NCBI RefSeq assembly: GCF_035594765.1
Contig: NC_085846.1
Span: 6,993,190 to 7,057,189, forward strand
Origin: Anolis carolinensis
Lineage: Eukaryota
Direction: 5' to 3'
DNA: 64,000 bases
Part shown: one piece after another, positions 51,492-64,000 of the stretch
Layout: the number at the start of each line of letters is the position of its first letter
Numbering within the stretch: position 1 is the stretch's first letter
The notes under the pieces: model-generated
What the model was told of the DNA's origin: nothing
The model's input: only the letters and a program-made list of their open reading frames with translations
Databases searched by the model: none
Program-made: the position numbers and the translations under genes

Positions 51492-52375
51492 CTAAGAGAG
51501 GAGAGCAAAGGAGGCGTGTTGGCCCCAAGACCAGTGCACCTCCCCAGAATAAAGTCAGAAGTCCCTAAGCGGTTGAGTATTTCCCCCCCGGATGCTGCGC
51601 AAGGAGGTATTTTGTACCCCTTTGCCAGGCCTTTCCTCCAGTTGCACAACAGAACACAGATCCTCTCCTTCCCTGGTCGGAACAATCAACAGATTGGTCA
51701 TGAAATGGTCTCTGGGTACCATCCAGATGCCACTGGATGGGAAAAAGCAGCCTTTGCCCTTCTGGACCACAGTGTACATAAATACACAGTGGACTTCTAT
51801 CTACGTTTCCCATATCAACCGGAAAAAAGAATGGATTGTGCCACAGAATGATGTAGATCCAACTAACTGGCACAGAATGCGGTAAGACACTGAAACCCAA
51901 CGGATGGAATAAAATATGAAATGAAATAAAAGCAATGATGCTGGTATCTAAAGGGGGCTGCATTCTGTAGGAAAGGCAAAGGCTAATCTGAGTTTTAGGC
52001 AAACCGAACCACAGAATTTCCTTACTCTTTCCACAGGGAAAGCAAGATCTTGAAATGAACTCAAGTCCCTTCTTCAGTCTCTGCATCAGTTTTGCTACTG
52101 TGCCATCTAATTTGGAGTTTTACAACAAAAAAAGGGGAGAGGACTAACTAGCAGAAATGGTTTCGACAAGGGCGGGTGAGTAGCATTCAAGGCACAGCCA
52201 TGTCCGCAAAACTGCCTTGATTCTATTTTTGAGGATTCTTTTTTTCCAACTGCAACTCCTAGAATTCCCAACTAGCAAAGGGGGGGAGGGGAATCTGGGA
52301 ATGGCTTCTGACCTAATTCCAGGGGTAGGGAAAAGCTTACAAAACAACCACTTTCTTCCTGCATCAGAGTCATAC

Positions 52376-52519
52376 CCCCAAAGCAGTCTTCTTGGCAAGT
52401 TTGGCTGGGACCCACTCATCATCTTCAGTGTCTCCTCCCAAATCCTCCGAATTGGATGTTGAGTCTTCCTCTGGCATCGCAAATGTAGACCTTGCGGTAG
52501 TTCGCCTGCGGGGCTTGGG
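52376..52519 (-). CDS. KIF4A: KIF4 exon
   Basis: PKPRRR...EDDEWVPAKLAKK. Confidence 0.85.
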
Positions 52520-54028
52520 CTGATCCAAACAAAATACATGAAAAAATGTATCTTCATGCAAACTACAAAACATTTTAAAAGTCCACGAAACTGGGCAGGA
52601 TGAATGTATTCCAAGACTATTGGCTTGGTCCAGGAAATTGGAATGTTTTGGGAGAGAGACGTGAAGGGAGAACCTAGCTGAAAATGTTCATAGTAAGAAT
52701 CAAGCTGAACCTTGCTGAACAGTGCAAAGCTTTCCTAAATAAGTTATGTAATTTGTGATCAGGGATGACATTTTAAAATAGGGATGGGGATGTGTAGTCT
52801 TCCTGATGTAGTACTGCAAGTTCCATCAACCTTTAGTAGCGTAATTATTGCTACAATATCCTGTCCTTTGCATGCCCTATGAGGATCAGCTTGAAGGTAT
52901 GTTTAGCTTGCAGAAGGGAAGGTTGAGAAGGAACATGATAGCCATGTTTAAATATTTTGAAAAACTGTCATAAGGAAGAGGGAGAAGGCCTTGTTTTCTG
53001 CTGCTCTGGAGACTAGGATGCAGAACAATGGGCTCAAATTACAGAAAAAGAGATTCCACCGGAACATTAGGAAGAACTTCCTGACCGTAAAAGCTATTCA
53101 GCAGTGGAACTCTCTGCCTTGGGAGTGTAAAGGAGGCTTTTAAACAGTCGTTAGGTGGCCATCAGTCGAGAGTGCTTTGATTATGCTTTTTCTGCATGGC
53201 AGAAGGAGGTTGGACTGGATGGCCCATGTGGTCTCTCCCTACTCTATGATATTGGGGCCCAGTAACACACACAAAAGCCAGTGTGGTTTAGTGGTTTGGG
53301 TGCTGGACTAGGATTCTAAGAACAGAGTTTGAATTCGCACTCAACCGTGAAAACACAGCAGGTGACTGGGCAAGAAGTCACACTCTCTCAGTCTCAGAGG
53401 AAAACTCCTCTGAACAGTCTGGCCAAGAAAACCCTGTGTCAGTTCTTCCTGCTATAAATCAGAAACGCCTTGAAGGTACAGTAGTCTCTCACTTATCCAA
53501 CGTTCTGAATTATCCAACGCAGTCTGCCTCCCATCTGGATCCACAGCTGTTTTTCTAAGCAGCAAGGACTGAACTTTTTATGGATTTAACTTCTGACAAT
53601 GTTGTTACTGTAAGTTCATCTTATGCAATTCTGTCTTTATTTGTAGTCCATGTTTTCAATACACTGCGATGTTTTTGGTGCTAAATTCGTAAATACAGTT
53701 ATTACTACATAATGTTACCATGTACTGAACTGTTTTTTTTCTGTCGATTTGTTGTCAAACATGATGTTTTGGTGCTTAATTTGTAAAATAACGTAATTTG
53801 ACATGTAATAGGCTTTTCCTTGATCCCTCATATTATTCAACATTTTCGCTTATCCAATGTTCTGCCGGCCTGTTTATGTTGGATAAGCAAGACTCTACTG
53901 AACACAATAGCAGATACACACATACATATATAACATTCATATATATATGAATGAGTTAAAAGTAAGACACCCTAAGTGAACAAGAGGGAAGGGCCTACTA
54001 TGTGCTCCAGCCCACAATGAATACACAC

Positions 54029-54130
54029 CTTGGGTGGGATGAAGTCGAAGGGGGAGTCCGGTTCATCTGCCAGAGCGGGATGCATGCTCCGGATCTTCTG
54101 CCCACTGGCCACTTGAAGCAGCAGCAGTTT
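54029..54130 (-). CDS. KIF4A: KIF4 exon
   Basis: KLLLLQVASGQK...PDSPFDFIPPK. Confidence 0.88.
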
Positions 54131-54224
54131 CTGTTGGGAAGGCAGACGCAGGAATGAGCCTCGGTGGCCAGGAAGGACCAAGGCCATTTCTCTTGACCGC
54201 AAGAGCACCACCCTCTGACCATAC

Positions 54225-54302
54225 CTGTTTGGCAACATCAAGCTCTTCAGAGAGCGCTTGGTTCTTCTCAAAGACTTCTCTCATCCTTGACAGTTCTTGA
54301 TT
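54225..54302 (-). CDS. KIF4A: KIF4 exon
   Basis: NQELSRMREVFEKNQALSEELDVAKQ. Confidence 0.85.
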
Positions 54303-54564
54303 CTATACACAGAAGAGTGGTCTAACATTATTAAGGAGTTTTTTTCAGAAGAAAATGCCCAACAAGGGCAGATTACACATCACTTTGAAAGATTGAACTG
54401 GGTGGGTTCCTAAAATTGCAGGGTCTTTTGTTCAAGCACCAATATTCCTTTGATTTTATTGGTTTCCAAGATTGCTAGGTTCTAGACCACTAAAGGCACT
54501 GGGTCGATTTGATTTGTAGGGGGACTGTTTTGGAAGAAAAGCCATGAAAATGTGGAATAATTGA

Positions 54565-54796
54565 GGTTGTTGTATGTTTTCTGGGCTGCCTGGCCATGTT
54601 CCAGAAGTATTTTCTCCTGATGTTTCACCCATATCTATGGTAGGCATCCTCAGAGGTTGTGAGGTACCTCACAACCTCTGAGGATGCCTGCCATAGATAT
54701 GGGCGAATGTCAGGAGAGAATACTTCTGGAACATGGCCAGACAGCCCAGAAAACATACAACTCTGTGATCCCGGCCATAAAAGCCTTTGACAACAC
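54565..54796. mobile_element. Short inverted (hairpin) Penelope-derived insertion with 15-bp TSD
   Basis: Arms 54570-54760 centred on GAGGTACCTC; TSD ATGTGGAATAATTGA at 54550-54564 and 54797-54811. Confidence 0.8.
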
Positions 54797-55374
54797 ATGT
54801 GGAATAATTGATTTTTCATAATATTTCCCCCTGCAATTTATTTCCTTGGAAAATGAGAACAAAATATTAAGGAGCATCTTTTTTTAGAATTATGGGTAAA
54901 ACGTTTCAGACAAGGCATTCATATATTTACTCTCCCAAAATGGTTTCTAAAAGTAATGTCACTTTTGGATCATGATGAATTCCTGATCTTAGCTTCCTTT
55001 TCACAGTTCTTCTTATGAGGAGAACATTATGACAGCTTCAGATTCTGTAGAACTAGGAATAACCTATCTTTTTATTCTGCTAATTCAGGTTCCCTCTCTC
55101 CGCTTCTTCCAGAGGGCATTTTTTGTTTGTTTTGGATACCCTTAAAAACTAGTAAAATGCACAGTGTTCCATGTAATTCTGGTGTTCTTTACCATTCAGG
55201 TCTATGCAATTTCCATCATAACAAAAAAGTTAAAATGCTACACAATCAATTCAATTGGCACAATGAACCTCCTTTCCTCGGCATATGCCCTCCTTGGGTC
55301 TAAATAGCAAATGGGGCCACTTCCATGGCTCCATCTTAAGGAGAGCAAGAGGTGCCACACCGAGCTGCTTTTAC

Positions 55375-55482
55375 CTGGAATTGGAGCTGTTTGAGGAGCT
55401 GCTTCTCTGGTTCTGAAATGGAAATCTCCAGCCGTTTCTCTGTTTCTTCTTTATGGTTGATCTGGCTGAGCAGGTACAGCAC
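55375..55482 (-). CDS. KIF4A: KIF4 exon
   Basis: VLYLLSQINHKEETEKRLEISISEPEKQLL. Confidence 0.88.
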
Positions 55483-57113
55483 CTGGAGAATGGGCAGGCA
55501 GGTGGGGCAAAAGAGAAAACAGACAGAATTGGAAAACTTTGGATATAGAGGGAAGTTCTATTTGTCGGCAACACTGCAGACCTTTCGCCCACAACATTGC
55601 ATTTCTCTTCATCCTCTGCATAGTTGGCTGGGTTCTTTTTAGCAACATCAACAAAGGGAAGATGGAGAAAGAAGCTATGAAAAGGAGATTCACTGTCAGA
55701 GGCCTTGAGAACTACTGAACCATGCCATATACCCATTATCTGTCTAAACACATCTCCCTCTATGAGCCTACAACAGCTTTAAGATCAGTTGGGGAGACCC
55801 TGCTCTCTGTCCCAACCTCTTTGTAAGTGCGACTGGTTGGGACGAGACACCCAGAGAGACCCTCGGTTGTGAAACTCGCTCCCCAGTGACATCAGGAAAG
55901 CCCCATCCTTCCTGATTTGTAGAAAAAAACTTAAGACCTGGCTTTTTATGCAATCGTTTGGTGAACAGGAAACTACGGAATGAGATTCTAACAGCTTGAA
56001 TAATGGACTATGGATTTTGGAAAACAATTTGGCCATGAGATCATGACTCGGCATTTTATATGGTTTTAACCTGTTAATTGATTTATATGTGTTTTAATTG
56101 CTTATACAGTAGAGTCTCACTTATCCAACTTTTGCTTATCCAATGTTCTGGATTATCCAACACATTTTTGTAGTCAATGTTTTCAATATAACGTGATATT
56201 TTGGTGCTAATTTTGTAAATACAGTAATTACAACATAACATTACTGCGTATTGAACTACTTTTTCTGTCAAATTTGTTATATAACATGATGTTTTGGTGC
56301 TTAATTTTTAAAATCATAACCTATTTTGATGTTTAATAGGCTTTTTCTTAATCTCTCCTTATTATCCAACATATTCGCTTATCCAACGTTCTGCCGGCCT
56401 GTTTATGTTGGATAAGTGAGACTCTACTGTATATATAGATTGTTTACATTTTGTTTACTTGTGCGGAATTGAATTTTTATCAGATCTGTAAACCGCCTTG
56501 AGTCCCCTCCGGGGTTGTGAAAGGCTGGATAAAAATGAAGGGACTGTCAGATGTTCTGCTTGCTTTTGGGGTCATGGTTAGTACAGCAGATTAAATCGCC
56601 AGCTACAGAAAATCTTGCCAACCGAAAGGTCAGCAGTTCAAGCCACAAGTCGGGATGAGCTCCCGCCATCAGCCCCAGCTTCTGCTTACCTAGCAGTTCA
56701 AAAACAGCAATGTAAGTAGATAAATAGGTACCACTTTGGTGGGGAGGTAAAAAGGCGCCCTGAAGACATGCCAGCAATTTGATCAGGAAGGCATTAATGA
56801 ACAAGATTCTTGGCATGGAAAAATGGAACAACAGCACCTCCCCATGGCAGAGTCAAGCACAACCTCCAGATGCTGGAGATGAAAAAAGAGGGACGCCTTG
56901 CCTCTGTCTATGTACTGTCTGTCTTTGTTGTTAATTGTATAACAGCATTGAATGTTTGTTGTATATGTATTCTGTAATCCACTCTGAGTCTCCTTGGGGA
57001 AATAGAGGGGAATATAAATAAAGTATTGTAAGAATAGTAATAATAATAATATCAATGATGGGAAAAGCTAAACAGTTTTTAAAATTACCTCCATTTATGA
57101 TAGCAGCCCATAC

Positions 57114-57284
57114 CTTCTCTTGGTGCTCCTGCTCCATCTTGACTAGCTGGCTTTCGTACTCTGCTTCCATTTCGGTGGCTACTTTCTGTTTCTCTGCCAG
57201 CATTTTGTGCAGGTTGGCGCATGAGGTTTTGCTCTGCTGGAGGCGGTTCTCCAGTTTGCTATACTCTACTTTGGAGGAGGTAAG
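57114..57284 (-). CDS. KIF4A: KIF4 exon
   Basis: LTSSKVEYSKLENRLQQSKTSCANLHKML...KMEQEHQEK. Confidence 0.88.
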
Positions 57285-57979
57285 CTTTGGAAATAGGGGA
57301 AAGGTGATATATTAAAATAACTTCCTCTGAATAATTTGCATCCACATAAGGTTTCCAATGAAAGGTATTGGGCTGGGGAATATAACTTTGTCAAGATCTC
57401 CCAAAGGGTTTCCATAAATGTTCTGAATATGCCTGTTCTATCCTCCCTCACAACAGAAAACTTAACACAATATCTCTCTTATACATGCAATATGTTTACC
57501 ATTTTCACTGTTATATAAATGCAATAACCTCCATCCAAGTTCAGATCATCACACATTCCTCATCTTCACCCCATCCTTCCTTGGATGTGTCAGCTTGCAT
57601 TTGAGAATGCCTAGTCCTTAGTTATACTGTCTCGAGGTTCCCTAATATTATTTGACTCCCTGCATTTCATCCAATACCCAGCCCTATCACATGCTATTTG
57701 CAAGATCCCATGTCCAGCCCTTTTTATAGCCTGGTCAGGCCCATTGTACTACTGGCAATTGGTTTGTTGAGTATTGTTTTGATTGAGCTTTTGCTGCTGT
57801 TTTATATTCTGCTATTGTATCTAATTGTGTTTTATTTTGATTGTTATATTTATCATGCTCTTATTTTAATTGTTTTTGCTTTAATTGATTGTTTGTATTG
57901 TCTTTAGTGTTTTGTGGGTATTTTGCACCATATGTAAGCCACTTTGAGTCTCTTCATGGTGGCGGGTATAAAAATAAAG

Positions 57980-58027
<48 letters not shown>

Positions 58028-58051
58028 CTCTCTGTTGCCAGTTAATCTTAC

Positions 58052-58181
58052 CTCGCCAATCAGGTACTTGATCGCACAATTGGCTTCTGGGAGGGTGTGG
58101 ATGCTCCCCCAGCGATGCTTGGTGCGGTCTCCTGCGTCGGCATCCAGCAGTTTCTGTTGGAGATCAGCAATTTGGGCACTC
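58052..58181 (-). CDS. KIF4A: KIF4 exon
   Basis: [14 protein letters not shown]...[12 protein letters not shown]. Confidence 0.9.
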
Positions 58182-58584
58182 CTTTGGAGGAAGTGAAGAA
58201 TGTAAGTGCTAGGAATGCAGGTCATCAATACAGCTAACACCCAACTTATTTAATGGGCTATAGCCCAATCCTTTTCTTTGGGGAGTTCGGATTTACTACG
58301 GAAGAAAATGATAAGGACCTCTGCCCCAACCAGGCAAAGCTAAAAACTTGAATTCCCCCAGCCCATCTAAGATGCCTGCTGCATGGTTTAAACCAGGCAT
58401 TGGCAAACTCCGATCCTCCAGATGTTTTGGACTTCAACACCTTCAATTCCTAACAGCCTATTGGCTGTTAGAAAATGTGGAAATTGAAATCCAAAACACC
58501 CGTAGAACTGAAGTTTGCCCATGCTTGTCTTATGGTATCCCAGCCTGTGTATCTGCACATCTGGAAATTAAAGCAACCCTGTAC

Positions 58585-58670
58585 CTGAGCTCCATCTCTG
58601 TTTCCAGGCTCTGAATTTGGTTGGCGAGGGAATAGTTCATATCTGCATCATTGCGCGAGAAGGTGCGCCT
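58585..58670 (-). CDS. KIF4A: KIF4 exon
   Basis: RRTFSRND...QIQSLETEMEL. Confidence 0.88.
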
Positions 58671-59860
58671 CTGGGAGGAAAGGGGTGAGAAAAGATACCA
58701 GGTTAATAGTAACCTCTTAAATCCAGTAGTAGGGGAAATGTTGGATGAATGTCACACGCAACACGTCAACCCCCTTTTTATGGCCCTTTGAGGCACCCTC
58801 ATTTTAAAAAGAGGTCATTCTTGGCCCTCAAATCATGAAATAGAACATAGTGAACTTGATCTCTCCAAACAGGAAAATTGTAATTTTGCTCTTTCGATCG
58901 CCATGCCATTGACAAAAAAGTGAATGAAAATGAAAACTTCCAGTTTTGGTTCAACTCACTGGAATGGATGGGGTCCAAGCGGCCCCTGTCCCACCGCAGC
59001 TGCATATCTGTCTTAAACAAAGGAGACTATTGAAATTAGTCTCTAGCAAAGACAAGACTTTAGATATAAAAAACCTCTTATTTTTAAAAATTCTAATATA
59101 CCCTTATAATGTTAATATACATATGCCTAACGTAGTTTTAGCATTCTTCTTACATCTGCTTGTACCATTGTTTTGACACTCAACATATGCCATTATTTCC
59201 CCAAGGAATGTGCTGTGTGAAAATAAAATGAAGGAAACACTATGGGATGAATAAAATGAAATGCAAAATCAAATTCACAATGAGATATGGCAACCAACAT
59301 GGGACCGAGCACTGAAACCCTTTTGGCTGAAATGATTATGAAGTATGAGTTCAATAGATCTAAGCAGTTCAAAAGTGGGCTTACACAGGGCTTTGAACAT
59401 TTTGTGAAAGTCCCAAGAGGACAGCCCCTCTGAGAAATCTAATGTGAGAGTGAGATGAAAGCGAATGTGTATTGGAAGAGGATAAAATGGATGCTGGTGC
59501 TGGTATCTGATGGCAAGAAGTGTTTGGCTTAAGCCTCATGCCCTGACTATAGGTATCCTTAACTTTTCCTGTTTGAGAAGAAGTAGATTTTCTATGAGGC
59601 CAGTGCAGAAAAATCTTCCAAGGTTTAAATAACTGGATGTCTCCTTGGCCTGCGACAGGAGTTAACCCATTCCTGGATGGCTCCCTCTCTGCCAGCTGAA
59701 AAAGCGACACCGATTCCAGTAAGCACTGGCTTCAGGAAAGAGGAGGAATCTCCCATCATAGGACATCCTTCACAAAGCATGGGAAGTCCAGCCCTAGAAA
59801 AATAAAGAGCCTCATTCTCCTCATGGTTCATTATTGTGTAAACCAGCAACTAATCCTCAC

Positions 59861-60016
59861 CTTGTTTTTTGCGGGAAGGTTCTCCCCTGCCTCCTGCTTT
59901 TCTTTAAGTGATGTGATTTCCTTGGCCAAATTTTTACGGTCTTCTAGAAGGTCGTTGAGGTGGCGCTGAGCTTCTTCAATACTAACAAGGACCTCAATTT
60001 CATTCGCAAGATCGTT
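59861..60016 (-). CDS. KIF4A: KIF4 exon
   Basis: [28 protein letters not shown]. Confidence 0.9.
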
Positions 60017-60758
60017 CTGGATAAGAAAGAAATCAGGTACAACCAAGGCCTATGGTAAGGTAGGGACACATACCTTGTGTTCTAATGCAGAGGAAAGAAA
60101 ACATCCCACAAAGGTCTGCACCCAGAGCTGCCCAATCCTCCACCTGGCCTCATTTTACACCCAAAAGTTCTTAAAATGAACATGGAATTGTTTGTAATGT
60201 GGTGTTCACCGAGATACAAACTAGGGTATATATCAACATAAGATATATCATTTTAAAGGTAACGGTAGAGGTTTCCCCTGATGTTAAGTCCAGTCATGTC
60301 TGACTCTGGGGGTTGGTGCTCATCTCCATTTCTGAGCCGAAGAGCCGGAGTTGTCCATAGACACCTCCAAGTCATGTCGCCACTGGCATGACTTCATGGA
60401 GCACCGTTACCTTCCCACTGGTACCTATTGATCAAATTTCCATGTTTTCGAACTGCTAGGTTGACAGAAGCTGGAGGTAACAGCGGGTGCTCACTCCGCT
60501 CCCCGGATTCGAACCTGCGACCTTTCAGTCTGCAAATTCAGCAGCTCAGCATTTAACACACTGCACCACAGGGGGCTCCTAAAATATCATTTTAGGCCTC
60601 TTTTTTTTAAATGAACATGAAGGCTTCATTAAAAAGTATTTTGAATGAACCAGCTAAGCCTCATCTTCCCCTTCTGCTTTTGCTCCCCTTTCTGAACAAG
60701 TCAGCTATATAAGTATCTATTTGTTATCAATGGGAGCAATTGAGTCACTAAGCCTCAC

Positions 60759-60872
60759 CTTCACACGGGCAGCAAGTCCCTCGACTCCGCGGTTCGAGGT
60801 CTCTTTCCGTTTGCTGGCAGCTTCTTGCTGTTTCTGCAGAGCAATCTTCAAGCGTTTGTTAGCAGTGGCTGC
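60759..60872 (-). CDS. KIF4A: KIF4 exon
   Basis: [16 protein letters not shown]...GLAARVK. Confidence 0.88.
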
Positions 60873-61472
60873 CTAGAGAGGGACAGAGGCAAGAATCAGA
60901 ATCAGTCATGGGTTGAAATCCCTCCCTAAACCATGCAGCGATTATGTTGGGACCACTTACTTTGCCTTGCCTCAAAGCATTTTGAAGAGGATTGAAAAAA
61001 AGGGAGCTAGAAGGAATTTATCTATTTACATCATTTATATCCCACCCTTCTCGCCCCGAAGGAGACTCAGAGCCTTTCAAAATAGGCAGCAATTCAAAGC
61101 CAAAACATTAAAACCCGAAAACATTAAACACAATTTAAAACAAAAGAAAGGAGCTTCTCAGAATAGTTCCTTGATATTATTAACTCCTCAAAATAGTTTT
61201 CTATAACAATATTAACTGGATGCTAGGTTTAAGTTCCCTTCAAATCTGCAGCGCAATACATAAAGATTATTCCCAAAGTTCTAACAAAGTCCTCAAATTC
61301 ATATGGCTTTTGTTTTGCACTTATTGTGAGTATGCTCACAGATGTCTTGAAGACAACCCATAAGAGGTACATTCACCACATTCCTACCTGTTTTGCTTCT
61401 ATCTTAAAAAAATAGGAATATGTTGAGCAATGCAGCAAAACATTGCATTTTTGTAATGATATCCCTTTAGAG

Positions 61473-61666
61473 CAGGTATGGGCAAACCTGGACCATCCAG
61501 GTGTTTTGGACTCCAACTCCCACCATTCCTAACAGCCTCAGGCCCCTTCCTTTTGCCCCTCAGCCGCTTAAGCGGTTGAGGGGCAAAAGGAAAGGGCCTG
61601 AGGCTGTTAGGAATGCTGGGAGTTGGAGTCCAAAACACCTGCAGGACCCAAGTTTGCCCATGCCTG
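61473..61666. mobile_element. hAT-type palindromic MITE with 8-bp TSD
   Basis: CAGG(T/C)ATGGGCAAAC TIRs; TSD CTTTAGAG on both sides. Confidence 0.88.
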
Positions 61667-61936
61667 CTTTAGAGACTGGTATTCCAGATGAATGCAACAG
61701 CGATGGGAGCCTATGTAGCTTTCCTGGTCTTATACAACTGCAACTGCCAGTAGCCCCTACCAGTATGTCCAAAGTGAGGATCCAACATAATCTGGAAGGT
61801 TCTCCTTTGCATCCTTAAGTAGTCCTGATTTTATCATCTACTTCCCACCTCAGCCTGTGAAAAACTTAAAGATCATTTTTAGATAATGAGGGTTTGGGAG
61901 GGGGAAAGGAGAGAAAGGTGTTTCTGGCTCCCTCAC

Positions 61937-62020
61937 CTCTTCTGCCTTCCGCCTGAGAACACTGGCTTGCTTCTGGAAGTCCTGCTCCATTTTGACCAAT
62001 TCATACTGCCGCTTACGATC
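61937..62020 (-). CDS. KIF4A: KIF4 exon
   Basis: DRKRQYELVKMEQDFQKQASVLRRKAEE. Confidence 0.9.
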
Positions 62021-62903
62021 CTGTAAACGAGACAAGCATTACAGACAAGAGTTTGTCCCTTCCAACTTTGGCTGTCAACAAGCAAGTTATAACATGGAGC
62101 GCCTATATGCGATGCACTTTCACAAACGAGAAATAAAATGCAGATTACTGCAACTCTGATGAGCAAATAGGAAATGCTTGGAAATCAAAACCTTCTGAAA
62201 TCTCAATTGAAGTACAGTAGAGTCTTTGCTTATCCAATGTTCTGGATTATCCAACGAAGTCTGCCACCCGCTTAGATACACAGCTCTTTCTCTAGGCAGC
62301 AAGGACTGAACTTTTACGGATTTAATTTTTGACAATGTTGTTACTGTAAGTTCATTTAATGCAATTCTATCTTTATTTGTAGTCAATGTTTTTGTAGTCA
62401 ATGTTTTCAATACATTGCGATGTTTTGTTGCTAAATTCGTAAATACAGTTAATAACGTTACCGTGTACTGAACGGCTTTTTCTGTCGATATGTTGTAAAA
62501 CATGATGTTTTGGTGCTTAATTTGTAAAGTCATAAGGTAATTTGACGTTTAATAGGGTTTTCCTTAATCCCTCCTTATTATCCAACATTTTCACTTATCC
62601 AACATTCTGCCGACCCGTTGGATAAGTGAGACTACTGTAGTAATAAAGATGACAATTCGTGTTCAAACCAAACTCAAACACAATATAGATTTCCTGTATC
62701 ATTTCTTATGCAATTAAACAAAAAGAAAACAGCTGACAAAAGCAGAGGTAAGACAAGGCTCCATCTCCTGTGAGAGTGTTTCCCCAAACTTAACTGAGGA
62801 CATTTCTTTTGCAAAACTTCTCTTTACAGGGAGTGGGCTACTGATGAGTATGGATTGATGAATAGGCCAGTTCCTTTCCAAGGACAATGTTTTTACAACT
62901 CAC

Positions 62904-63014
62904 CCGCTCCTTCAGCTGGATAACTTCCCTATCCTTCTGCTGCTTCCACTGTCTGAATTTTTCACCATCTTCTTTCATCTGCCGGATGAGCTGAACACGC
63001 TGGACTTTCATTGT
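62904..63014 (-). CDS. KIF4A: KIF4 exon (gene continues beyond window)
   Basis: [37 protein letters not shown]. Confidence 0.9.
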
Positions 63015-64000
63015 CTAGAAGAGAAGTAAAAGCTGGGGGGTCAGTGAACATCAAACAATGGGAACAAACACTGAAATGTTCCATGTCTTCAAGGTTTTAC
63101 TGATGAAAATGCAACCCATGTGCCAGGGCAACAATGCTCTTCTAATAGCTAACCCAGTTAAACAAGTCTTCAAAGGTACAAGGACAGCAAAGGGTGTCCT
63201 ACTGCTAATAATCCTGTACATCACCTTGTCCTGTTTCCTAGAGCAGGACTTCATAAACTGTGAGTTTAAACTAACACCAAATGGGGCCTCCTTAGCTCAG
63301 TGGTTCTCAACCTGTGGGTCCCCAGATGTTTAGTCCTTCAATTCCCAGAAATCCTAACAGCTGGTGAACTGGCTGGGATTTCTGGGAGTTGGTAAGTCAA
63401 AACACCTGGGGACCCACAGGGTGAGAACCACTGCCTTAACTCAATGTTGTCTCACAAAAAATAGCAACAATAAAATTATTATAATAGTTAACCCGCCTTT
63501 TCTCTCTAAAGAGACTAAAATCGGCTTACAACAAAACCAATACAATGCAATTTAAAACCTAAAATATACAAATATCAAAATAGAATTAAATATTAATGGT
63601 ATTAGAACTGAATAGTTAAAACCCTGATTAAAAACCTATTCATAGCTAAAACCACAGCATCCCGACTTGCTTAAAAACCTCCTTTAAGTCTGCCTAAATA
63701 AGTAAAAATAAATGTTTTGTGGTGACATTTGCACGAATCCGTTGTGCAGGGCTTACACTGGATTCTGCAGAAGATGCTTCAGCTGTACTTCATGAAAAGG
63801 AAAATCTGTCTGCACATTAAGCCTTGCATATGCTGGTTTATTATCAGAAAATTTTGATATATTTAATGTTCCTATATATATTCTGGGTCACGTAATAAAA
63901 TTTTCAGGCCAAATGGAGTCGCAAGTGGAAATGTTTAAGAAGCTCTATCCTAGAGAACAAGGTAAGGAGATGAAACCTCCCGAGTACCAGCAGTCTATCA

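Overview
Vertebrate genomic DNA, very probably an Anolis lizard. The species is inferred from Sauria SINE / Anolis SINE2-like, Penelope, R4, hAT and Tc1/mariner-type repeats. In order, the window holds: (1) the last five coding exons and 3' region of the clock gene PER1 (+); (2) a small replication-dependent histone cluster (H1, divergent H3.2/H4, H2A, H4, H2A), each gene with a 3' stem-loop, no H2B gene, and a 130-N gap beside an orphan H2B-type octamer; (3) an uninterrupted 2.3-kb ORF encoding a diverged reverse transcriptase of the Utopia/NeSL (R2-group) type; (4) two divergent identical tRNA-Gly(GCC) genes; (5) a complete 7-exon TAF9/TAF9B gene (+); (6) the last 14 coding exons of a KIF4-family chromokinesin (-). 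The RT ORF keeps its three catalytic Asp (YADD changed to HADD), lacks the zinc knuckle and RLE endonuclease, sits behind a promoter-like motif cluster, and is followed by about 24 copies of a 40-bp repeat. The best candidate for an undescribed system is this promoter + RT-only ORF + repeat-array unit at ~31.3-35.0 kb, which looks like a domesticated retrotransposon RT. Family assignments come from recognising motifs by eye; no searches were run.
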